A DNA stretch of 43,589 nt from a virus (Duplodnaviria; Caudoviricetes). Shown here in pieces: positions 33,400 to 41,877 of this stretch (its first letter is position 1; every line of letters begins with the position of its first letter). The DNA lies in IMG/VR virus record IMGVR_UViG_3300049139_000093, positions 1 to 43,589 of that record; one strand, written 5' to 3'. The translations under genes and the position numbers were made by a program. The notes under the pieces are model-generated. The model ran no database searches, was not told where the DNA came from, and saw only the letters and a list, made by a program, of their open reading frames with translations.

Positions 33400-33848
33400 T
33401 GGCTTTCGCTGCACCAATCGCGGCCGCTGCGGCCATAGGCTCTACCGGCCTCAGCATGTATGGCTCCTATGTCTCCTCGCGCGGCAAGGCAGAGGCCGCG
33501 AGCGCGGAGGCAAGCCGATTGAAGACGGCCGGGGTGTTGGCGCGCGCCGCGGCCGATGAAACCGATACCCGCATGCGCGAGGAGCTGCAGAGCACGCTGG
33601 GTAACATTCGCGCGGCGCGGGCGGCGGCCGGCGTGTCGATGGACTCGCCGACGCAGGATGCGATCGAAGGCGAGGAGCGCCGGATCGCCGAACGTAATAT
33701 CAAGACGCAGCGCGCCAATCAGGAGGCCCAGGCGGCAGACTACGATGCGGCGGCGGCGGCCAAGCGGCGGTCGGCGCGGCTGGCGCTGATCACTGGTAAC
33801 ATCGAAATGGCTGGCACCGGTCTGCGGCACGTGTCGGGCAGGAGGTAG
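33399..33848 (+). CDS. Internal virion (ejection) protein, gp14-like
   Basis: Hydrophobic Ala-rich N-terminus; RA..AAAGV...S motif. Confidence 0.7.
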   Translation: MAFAAPIAAAAAIGSTGLSMYGSYVSSRGKAEAASAEASRLKTAGVLARAAADETDTRMREELQSTLGNIRAARAAAGVSMDSPTQDAIEGEERRIAERNIKTQRANQEAQAADYDAAAAAKRRSARLALITGNIEMAGTGLRHVSGRR

Positions 33849-33851
33849 GCC

Positions 33852-36800
33852 GTGGTCAAGCTGCCGACGGTTCCGCGACGTTTCATCACGACCCAAGTGA
33901 CACGCTCGGCCCTGAGCGAAAGCGAGCGCGCCGCGCCCTATCGCGAGCTCGGCCGGGCTCTAGACAATCTCGGCCAGGGGATTTCCGACGTCGCCGAAAC
34001 GGTCGGCGAGGAGCAGGGCCGGAAGGCCGTCGTCTACGACGAAGCGGGTAATCCGAGCTATGAGGAGATGCCGCTGTTCACCGGCCGGGCCGGGCGGGCC
34101 TATAACCGCTCGGCGCAGGTCGCGTTCATGGCGGCCAAGGAGACGCAGGCGCAGGTCGATCTGCAGCGGCTGCGAATCCAGCACGCGAACGACCCGGACG
34201 GGTTTCGCGCGGCGTCGGAAGCCTACCTGAGCCAAAGCCTTTCCAACGCGCCGGAGGCGGCGCGGCCTGCGGTGCAAGCCAGCCTTGGCCGCGCGATCGC
34301 CGGCCACACCACTGGCCTGATGGCCGACAAATACCGCATCGACACGGCGCGCGATGCCGATCGGTTCAAGACGCGCGAACAGCAGCTGGACCGCGATCTG
34401 ACGACGCTCGCCGAAACCGGAGGCGTCGACACGGACGAGTATCGGCAGAAGTGGCAGGACTATCGCGCGATCATAGAGGAGCAGCAGGCCGATCCGCGGT
34501 TCAAGGTTTCACGTGAAACCGCGGAAGAACGGTTGCAGCAACGTTTCCGCAATTCCGAGGTCGCGGTCATCACCGGCGACGCGCGGCGAATCTTCAATGC
34601 GACGGGCGATCTCGCCGGCACGTTCAAGCGCGTGGAAACGCTGTTGGACGAGCCGTCGCTGAAGCTGACGCCCGAAGAGAAGATCACCTATCGCAACCGC
34701 ATCGTGTCGGCGGTGCAGGGCAGCGCGGCGGTGCGCGCGGCGGACATCGACCAGTTGAAGCTGCGCGCGGGCTCGATGGTGACGAGCCTGCAGAACGGCG
34801 AGTTGAAGCCGGACAACGAGAGCATTTCCGGGCTGATCGCACAGGCGCGGGGCCTGCGCCAGTACGGGCTTGCGTCGCAACTGACGGCGGCGCGGACGGT
34901 AGCGCAGTACACGGGGATGATCACCGCCGGGTTGCCTGGCGCGCGGGCGCAGGCGATGCGGGATCTGCGCGAGCAGCTGGCGTCGCAGGCGCGGGGCGAT
35001 GTGGCCTCGAGCGGCGGCGGCAGTGCGGCGGCGCTCTTGCGGCGCTTCGAAGGATTCCGCGAGACGCCGTATTGGGACGTGAACGCGCTGCGGACGGGGT
35101 TCGGCTCCGACACGGTGACGCGGCCGGACGGGACGGTCGTTCCCGTCACCGCCGGCACGCGGGTTTCGCGCGAGGATGCGGAGCGCGATCTTGCGCGGCG
35201 GGTCACGGAATTCGAGGGCGTTGCGACCGGGCAGGTCGGCGAGGCGGCATGGAAGGCGCTCCCGGACAACGCGCGCGCCGGGCTGACGTCCGTCGCCTAC
35301 AATTACGGCGAGCTGCCGGATAGTGTTGTGGCGGCGGTGCGCACCGGTGACGTCCACGAAATCGCACGTGCGGTATACGGTTTGCGCGGTCACAACGGCG
35401 GCATCAATGCCGATCGTCGGCAGTCGGAAGCGAACGTCATTCGCGGCGTCGCCGGTGGCCTCGGCGCCGATCCTGCCGTGAGCCAGGCCTACGGGGCCGC
35501 CGTGCAGCGCGTGCAGAAAATTTACGACGACAGCGCCAAGGAAGTGTTCGACCGCGTCGAGGCGGCGCACAAGGCGGGCCAGCAGGCGACGCCGGACGAA
35601 TATGCGGCACTGGCTGAACTCGCGCCGATGATCGGCGATGCGAAGCTGCGCAAGTCGATCGGCGAACACTTCGCCGCGGAAGGCGGCGCTCAGGCCGTGA
35701 TGGCGGAAGGTCCGGTCCGGGCCCGGGAAATTCTCGACGGGCTGAACGAGGCAGCGGCACAGGGCAAAGCCCCGCCGGCGGCCCGGGATGTCGCGGATCG
35801 CGTGCAGAAGCAGCTCAAGAACGTCGAGACGGTCGTTAAGGACGATACCTCGCAGGCGGCGCAACTCTATATGCCGGAGGTGGCGCGGCCGACGGCGCCG
35901 CTGGACCTCTCGTCGCCGGAGGCGCTCGCCGCGGGCATCGACGCGCGCCAGCGCAATCAGCGGCTGGTGCAGCATTGGGCCTCCGATATGGAGGTCGGTG
36001 GCCTTTTCAGCGATCGCGACATCGAAGCCCTCAAATACGGGCTGGCGAACGGCTCCACGGAACAGGTCGTCGCGACGCTGAACACCATGACCAGGACGCT
36101 ATCGGCGGACGATTGGCGGGTGGCGTTCGGCAAGGATGGCTTGCGCGATGCGCTGCTTGGCCTGACCACGACCGGTGATCCCCAGAAGATGCAGGCGGCC
36201 TATGCGCTGCTTGACGTCGAGCGCCGGCGCAACCCGCTGGAATTCGAGCAGCGGTTTACCAAGGACGCGCGCGTGCGGCTCGATGACTGGATTACCCGGC
36301 AGTCGACCATGAGCCCGGGCCAGATTGCCGAGGAGCAGCGGCGCTACGAGGACCCCATGCAGCGCAAGGCGCGGGAAGACGCGCGCGAGGCGGCGCTGAA
36401 GCTGGTCGACAAGGTGACGCCGCAGGATATCGTCAACCGCATGGGCGGCTGGACTTACACCTTCCTGGGCTCGGGCTTCGCGCCTGGTGTTCCGGCGTCC
36501 GCCGACGCCGCGGTGCTGCCGCGCAAGATGCTGAACGAGTGGAAGCAGGAATTTGCGGACTATTACGTCCGGAGCGGGAATGAGGGGCAGGCCGGGAAAC
36601 TGGCGATGCAAGCGGTGCAGAAGAAGTGGCGGCCGTCGGCGCTCGCCGGCGGCGCGATCATGGAGCATCCGCCGGAAGCCAGTTACCCGCTGGTCGATGA
36701 CTCGCACGCCTGGCTGAAGGCGCAGGCCGACGAGAAGATCGTCTCCCGCATGCTGGAGTTCACGGGCGACACGGAGCGATATGCGCCCGTTATTCGCGGC

Positions 36801-37343
36801 TTCAAGGTGCAGCCGGTGATCGACTATCGGCTCGTTGCCGATCCGACCACGGAGGCGGACATCCGCCAGGGCCGTCCGCCGTCCTATCAGGTCGTGATCC
36901 AGCGGGATGGTCAGTACGAGGTGATGCCGGGCCGCCTGTCGTTCGATCCGGCGCAGGCCCAGGAAGCGGCGCGGGCGCGGTTCGAAGCGGAGCGAGGGCG
37001 GCGGGATGAACAGCGCATCGTTGGCCTGAACGACACGGGCGGGGCCGCGCGGGCTCAAGGCGACAACATCGCGGGCCTCGTCGAGCGGGGGAATATCGAT
37101 CTCACTACCCGGCCTCGCGTGCCAAACGGGGACGATACCAGCACAGTTCTGTCTATGTCGTTTGAGGAAGACGGAAAGGAAATTCTCATTCCGATGGTCA
37201 GCGATGATGGTCGTATCCTGACCGAAGACGAGGCGATCAAGCAGTATCGCAAGACCGGGAAGCATCTCGGCAAGTTCAAAACGCCGGAAGATGCCACGGC
37301 CTACGCTGAGGAGCTTCATCTCACAGAAGAGGCGAAGCTCTGA
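33852..37343 (+). CDS. Internal virion protein with an embedded GH24 lysozyme domain
   Basis: GGAGG RBS, GTG start; helical; FEGFRETPYWDVNALRTGFG...SVAYNYG. Confidence 0.8.
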   Translation: MVKLPTVPRRFITTQVTRSALSESERAAPYRELGRALDNLGQGISDVAETVGEEQGRKAVVYDEAGNPSYEEMPLFTGRAGRAYNRSAQVAFMAAKETQAQVDLQRLRIQHANDPDGFRAASEAYLSQSLSNAPEAARPAVQASLGRAIAGHTTGLMADKYRIDTARDADRFKTREQQLDRDLTTLAETGGVDTDEYRQKWQDYRAIIEEQQADPRFKVSRETAEERLQQRFRNSEVAVITGDARRIFNATGDLAGTFKRVETLLDEPSLKLTPEEKITYRNRIVSAVQGSAAVRAADIDQLKLRAGSMVTSLQNGELKPDNESISGLIAQARGLRQYGLASQLTAARTVAQYTGMITAGLPGARAQAMRDLREQLASQARGDVASSGGGSAAALLRRFEGFRETPYWDVNALRTGFGSDTVTRPDGTVVPVTAGTRVSREDAERDLARRVTEFEGVATGQVGEAAWKALPDNARAGLTSVAYNYGELPDSVVAAVRTGDVHEIARAVYGLRGHNGGINADRRQSEANVIRGVAGGLGADPAVSQAYGAAVQRVQKIYDDSAKEVFDRVEAAHKAGQQATPDEYAALAELAPMIGDAKLRKSIGEHFAAEGGAQAVMAEGPVRAREILDGLNEAAAQGKAPPAARDVADRVQKQLKNVETVVKDDTSQAAQLYMPEVARPTAPLDLSSPEALAAGIDARQRNQRLVQHWASDMEVGGLFSDRDIEALKYGLANGSTEQVVATLNTMTRTLSADDWRVAFGKDGLRDALLGLTTTGDPQKMQAAYALLDVERRRNPLEFEQRFTKDARVRLDDWITRQSTMSPGQIAEEQRRYEDPMQRKAREDAREAALKLVDKVTPQDIVNRMGGWTYTFLGSGFAPGVPASADAAVLPRKMLNEWKQEFADYYVRSGNEGQAGKLAMQAVQKKWRPSALAGGAIMEHPPEASYPLVDDSHAWLKAQADEKIVSRMLEFTGDTERYAPVIRGFKVQPVIDYRLVADPTTEADIRQGRPPSYQVVIQRDGQYEVMPGRLSFDPAQAQEAARARFEAERGRRDEQRIVGLNDTGGAARAQGDNIAGLVERGNIDLTTRPRVPNGDDTSTVLSMSFEEDGKEILIPMVSDDGRILTEDEAIKQYRKTGKHLGKFKTPEDATAYAEELHLTEEAKL

Positions 37344-40300
37344 TGGCTGAAGAGGACATTCTCGCCCTGCGAGGCTCAACCGTACCGGAGCCGGTCAGCC
37401 CGCTGCTGCGCGTGGACCCGACGCCGGTGCAGACGCTCGGCGCCGCGTTCCGGCTGGACAACCCCATCTTTTCCGTGTTCGCCGCCTTGAGCGGCGGCAA
37501 TGCTGCGGTCGATGAGAATTTCAACCCGCTGAACGAGCCAGGCTTCAAGGGCTCGAAATACGAGCAGCGCTATCTGGACGACTTCGTGTCGGTGACGAAC
37601 CGGGATCAGTACGATTCTCTGCGCGCCCGGATCGATCAGGAGGACCGCGATCGCGAAACGCTGGACGCGGCCGGCGGCTGGGGCACCGCGGCGTCGGTGC
37701 TGGCCGGCCTGCTCGATCCGACGCTGTTGATTCCGATCGGCGGCGAGATTAGCGCGGCGCGCGGCGCGGTCGGGATCGCCCGGACGGCGGCGCGGGTCGG
37801 CGCCTATTCCGGCTTTCAGGCGGGCGTCTCCGAGGCGGCGCTGCAAGCCTCGCAAATCACCCGAACAGGTGAAACGTCGGCGATCAGCATCGGCACCGGG
37901 ACAATCCTGGGCGCGCTGCTCGGCTCGGGCGCGGCCGCGCTGCTCAGCCGCCCTGAACGGGCCGCGCTCGAGCAGATGTTCGAGGCCGATCGCGTCTCGG
38001 TGGGCCGGTCGATCGGATTCGATAGCTCGGTCGGCGCTGCGCAGACGGACGCCCGGCAGCTTGAGCTCGTGGAGTTCACGCCTGGGTGGGTTCGGGCGAA
38101 CGTGCCGCCGTCGTTTCAGGACAGGGCGGCAGAGTGGCTGTTGTCGACGTCACCGACGCTGCGGACGTTCCGGGGTGGCAATGTCGAGGCGAAGCGGGCC
38201 ATGGCCGATCTGGTCGAAACGCCGCTGCGGTTCAAGGACGCCGAACAGGGCGTCACGACCGCGCAGCACGGGACCACGGTTGACCGCCTGGTGCGCGCGA
38301 CCAAGGCAAACCTGATGATCCAGTCGGGGGAGGAGCTGAAAAGCGCCTTCGTCGCCTATCGCGGACTGGAAGGGCAGCGCCTGGCGACGGGCCGGGCACT
38401 GCTTGAAGACGTGACCGGGCAGGCTGGGGAGCGCCTGTCCTATGGTGGGTTCAAGGCGGAAGTGACGCGCGCGCTGATGAACGGCGACGTGCACGAAATT
38501 CCGCAAGTTCAGCAGGCGGCGCAGGCCATCCGCAAGAACGTGCTGGATCCGACGCAAAAGTGGCTGCAGAAGATCGGCCTGCTCCCGGAGGAGTTGGAAG
38601 GCGCCGCGGGCGATCCGACGTGGTTCGCGCGGCTGCCGAACCGGGAGACGATCGCGGCGCGGCGCAGCGAACTGCGCGACATCATCACCGACTGGCTGGA
38701 CGGCGAACAGGCGACCAAGGCCGCGACGAAGGAACGCCTGTCGGAGATGTGGGAACGAAAGCAGGCGATCGATGCCCAGGTCGCCAAGCTCGACGCCGTG
38801 CTCGAGCGGATTGACGTCCGGGAGCAACAGACCGCGGGTGCCCTGCGCGAGCGTGCGAGCGATGTGAAGAGGCTCGATAGCCGCGTCGATGTTCTTTCAG
38901 ATCGCGTCGGGCTCCTGAAGGAAGAGGCCTCAGAACTGGTCGAATTTATTAACACGATGCGCCAGACCATCCGCGACCCGGCGACGCTGGCGCGGCTCGA
39001 TGAACTGGATGCCGAGGCGCGGCGGCTCGGCCGTGTCGAGGAATCGGTCACGCCGAACCTGCAAACGCTGGTCGATCTGGAGCGGCAACAAGCCGACGAA
39101 ATCATTGGCGAGGGCGCCCGGAAGCACGCCGTCGCCATTCTGACGGGTAAGCGGAAGTACGTGCGCGAGCAGTCTTTCGCCCATTGGGTTGCGCGGCAGG
39201 GCGGCGTGAAAATGCGCGACGCGCAGGCCGAAATGCGCCTGAACGGCCGCGATCCGAACCTCGGCGATGACCGGGCGCAGCTGACGCCGCTGCTGGATGC
39301 GAAGATCCCGGGTCTGGTACGCAAAACGGCTGGACGGACGCTAGACGAGTGGGGCGAGCGCCTGGCCGATGAATTCCCGTCGATCGCAGAGCGCCTCGGC
39401 CCGGATGAGGTACAGGCGGCAATCGAGGAATCGCTGCGGTCTGGCCGGAATCCCTGGTGGTTCACGGAAGCCCAACTCGCCGGCAAGAACGGGCAGGCGA
39501 TCGAAGCCTCGAAAATCTCCGATGCGATCGAAGAGGCGCTTAGCAGTGCCGGGCTCGATCGCACGCGCGAAGACATCGCCAAGCTGCTGTCCGGGCAGGA
39601 GGGCCGCCTGCGCTTTGCCGAGGTGGACGAGATGCTCGCCCGCATGGAGCAAATGGCAGAGGGCACAGCCATCCAGCGGACGCGCGTCGAGGACGATGCG
39701 GCGCTGATCCGGGAGGACTTCGCCAAGGCCCGGGCTGCGCTCACCAAGGCACAGGAACGGCAAGGCACGGTCCGGGGCGCGATCTCGCGCGAGGGCGCCC
39801 GATTGAGCGAAGCCGAGCTCGCGGCGCGGCCGGCGCGCAACCGGCTGGAAATCCTGCGCGACCGGACGGTGCTGTACGACATCAAGCGGGACATCACCAA
39901 CGAGGCGCGGGCGATCGCCGAACGTGAGGCCGACGAGCTCCGCGCGCGGATGGAGCAGGATCTGCGCGACTGGAAGGGCAACAGCTCGGCGGATGCGGTC
40001 TCGGCGCTGAAGGCGCGCGATAAGGCCGCAGAGGGCCGGGCGCCGGACGAGCCGCGTCTGCGGGCCGCCGATCCCGCCGTGGACCGGGTGGTGAAGCGCA
40101 TCCTTGACAGCGACCGCGACCTTTCGCGGGACGAGCTCGGCGGCCGGGCAGACGAGATCATTAACCGGTGGCTGGGCGGCCCGGATGGGCGCCTGCCATA
40201 CGACGCGCCGTCGGGTGGTCCACGGAGCGGTGTGCCATCGGATGAGCCGCCGGCGCGGGGCTCGCTGAATGCCCGCGAGTGGGCGATTCCGACGAACCTG

Positions 40301-41833
40301 ATCTGGGATTTTGTCGAGCACGACACGGAGCACCTGCTGCACCGTGTGCTTGGGACCGTGTTGCCGGACGGCTTCATTGCAGAACGGTTCGGCGACGTCG
40401 AGATGCGGCAGGCTTTCCGCAAGCTGGACGAGGACGCGAACCGGCGGGTGGCGGCGGCCAAATCCGACGCGGAGCGGACCAAGATCGAAAAGGAGCGCCA
40501 GAGGAATATCGAGGACCTGGCCGCGGTGCGAGACAAGCTGCGCGGCGTTTATGGTCTTTCGGACGATCCGATGCAGCGGCGGGCGGCCAAGCTCGCGCGC
40601 ATCGCTAGCGGCTACAACACGGTGACGGACCTCGGGACTGCGGCGCTCAACAGCATGGGCGACATGGCGGGCGTGATCTTCCGCTACGGGCTCGGTAGCA
40701 CGTTCCGAGATGGATGGGCGCCCTTCCTCGCCAGCATGGCTAGCCGTGACGAGTTCAAGGGCGCGGCGCTCCGGCAGGCCAAGGCCGCACAAATTGCCGT
40801 GGAGACCGCGCTGAATCTCCGAAGCCATGCCCTGACAGACGTCCTCGAGCAGCACCAGCCCGGGTCGAAATTCGAGCGAGGCGTTCGGTGGGCGGCGGAC
40901 AAGTCGCAACTGGTCAACGGGCAGGCGTGGTTCACTGATACCGTCAAGACGGTTGCGGCCTCGGTCGTCGCCAACGACATGCTGCGGGCGATGCAGCGGG
41001 TGGTGGCCGGCACCGCAACAAAGCAGGAAATTGCGAATCTGGCCGCCCGCAATATCTCGGCTGCCGATGCTGCTGCGATCTGGCGGCAATTCGAGAACGG
41101 GGGCGGTGAGGTGATCCGGGGAGTCCGCCTCGCCAACACCGAGGACTGGACGGATGCCAGGCTCCGGCAGGTCTTTGAGGGCGCGCTCGCGCGGGAGGTG
41201 GATATCGCGGTGGTGACGCCGGGCGCGGAAAAAGCACTTTGGATGTCGCGGCCGGTCGGCTCCTTGCTCGGGCAGTTCAAAGGCTTCGTCGCCGGCACGC
41301 ATGAGCGGACACTGCTCGCCCAGATGCAGCAGCGCGACGGGCGGACGCTGGCCGGGCTGTTCTCGGCGGTGGCGCTCGGGATCCTATCGTATCGGTTCTA
41401 CACGCTGGTGTCGGGCCGCCCGTTTGAGACCGATCCGAAGCAACTCGTGAAAGAGGGCATTTCGCGGTCCGGCGTGACCGGCTGGATGGACGAGATCAAC
41501 TCGATCACGGCCAAGGCCACGCGCGGGCAGGTCGATATGTACAAGCTGATCGGGGCGGACAAGCCGCTGTCCCGCTACGCCTCTCGCTCTATCCTGGCGA
41601 CGTTCCTCGGTCCGACCGCCGGCAAGGTGGAAGGGGTCGCGGCGGCGACGGGCGGGGCGCTGAGCGGGGATTTCACCGGCGGTGATACGACGCGCCTGCG
41701 CCGGTTGCTGCCGTACCAGAACCTTTTCTTTCTCAGGGGCCTGATCAACGAGGCCGAAGTCGGCTTCAACGAGACGATGGGTATTCCGCAGAAGCAGCCG
41801 CCACAGGGCGCGACGCCGGCGCTGCCGTTCTAG
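37343..41833 (+). CDS. Large internal virion (ejection) protein, gp16-like
   Basis: 1496 aa; hydrophobic N-terminal hairpin, LLGQFKGF, LGPT, RRLLPYQNLF C-terminus; just before the fibre gene. Confidence 0.75.
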   Translation: MAEEDILALRGSTVPEPVSPLLRVDPTPVQTLGAAFRLDNPIFSVFAALSGGNAAVDENFNPLNEPGFKGSKYEQRYLDDFVSVTNRDQYDSLRARIDQEDRDRETLDAAGGWGTAASVLAGLLDPTLLIPIGGEISAARGAVGIARTAARVGAYSGFQAGVSEAALQASQITRTGETSAISIGTGTILGALLGSGAAALLSRPERAALEQMFEADRVSVGRSIGFDSSVGAAQTDARQLELVEFTPGWVRANVPPSFQDRAAEWLLSTSPTLRTFRGGNVEAKRAMADLVETPLRFKDAEQGVTTAQHGTTVDRLVRATKANLMIQSGEELKSAFVAYRGLEGQRLATGRALLEDVTGQAGERLSYGGFKAEVTRALMNGDVHEIPQVQQAAQAIRKNVLDPTQKWLQKIGLLPEELEGAAGDPTWFARLPNRETIAARRSELRDIITDWLDGEQATKAATKERLSEMWERKQAIDAQVAKLDAVLERIDVREQQTAGALRERASDVKRLDSRVDVLSDRVGLLKEEASELVEFINTMRQTIRDPATLARLDELDAEARRLGRVEESVTPNLQTLVDLERQQADEIIGEGARKHAVAILTGKRKYVREQSFAHWVARQGGVKMRDAQAEMRLNGRDPNLGDDRAQLTPLLDAKIPGLVRKTAGRTLDEWGERLADEFPSIAERLGPDEVQAAIEESLRSGRNPWWFTEAQLAGKNGQAIEASKISDAIEEALSSAGLDRTREDIAKLLSGQEGRLRFAEVDEMLARMEQMAEGTAIQRTRVEDDAALIREDFAKARAALTKAQERQGTVRGAISREGARLSEAELAARPARNRLEILRDRTVLYDIKRDITNEARAIAEREADELRARMEQDLRDWKGNSSADAVSALKARDKAAEGRAPDEPRLRAADPAVDRVVKRILDSDRDLSRDELGGRADEIINRWLGGPDGRLPYDAPSGGPRSGVPSDEPPARGSLNAREWAIPTNLIWDFVEHDTEHLLHRVLGTVLPDGFIAERFGDVEMRQAFRKLDEDANRRVAAAKSDAERTKIEKERQRNIEDLAAVRDKLRGVYGLSDDPMQRRAAKLARIASGYNTVTDLGTAALNSMGDMAGVIFRYGLGSTFRDGWAPFLASMASRDEFKGAALRQAKAAQIAVETALNLRSHALTDVLEQHQPGSKFERGVRWAADKSQLVNGQAWFTDTVKTVAASVVANDMLRAMQRVVAGTATKQEIANLAARNISAADAAAIWRQFENGGGEVIRGVRLANTEDWTDARLRQVFEGALAREVDIAVVTPGAEKALWMSRPVGSLLGQFKGFVAGTHERTLLAQMQQRDGRTLAGLFSAVALGILSYRFYTLVSGRPFETDPKQLVKEGISRSGVTGWMDEINSITAKATRGQVDMYKLIGADKPLSRYASRSILATFLGPTAGKVEGVAAATGGALSGDFTGGDTTRLRRLLPYQNLFFLRGLINEAEVGFNETMGIPQKQPPQGATPALPF

Positions 41834-41835
41834 GC

Positions 41836-41877
41836 GGTGCGTTGCCCCTGATCCTGCCGCGGGCACCTTGGCCCGCA
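41836..41877 (+). promoter_or_regulatory. Putative late promoter, leaderless transcript for the tail fibre
   Basis: GGTGCGTTGC; TTGCCC-N16-CACCTT-N7-ATG, same spacing as at 30570. Confidence 0.7.

Noticed and set aside
24004-41302. Long minus-strand ORFs (e.g. 24004-25809, 26150-28090, 38509-40536, 39341-41302)
   Set aside because: Antisense shadows of high-GC structural genes, with no recognisable motifs and no RBS noticed.
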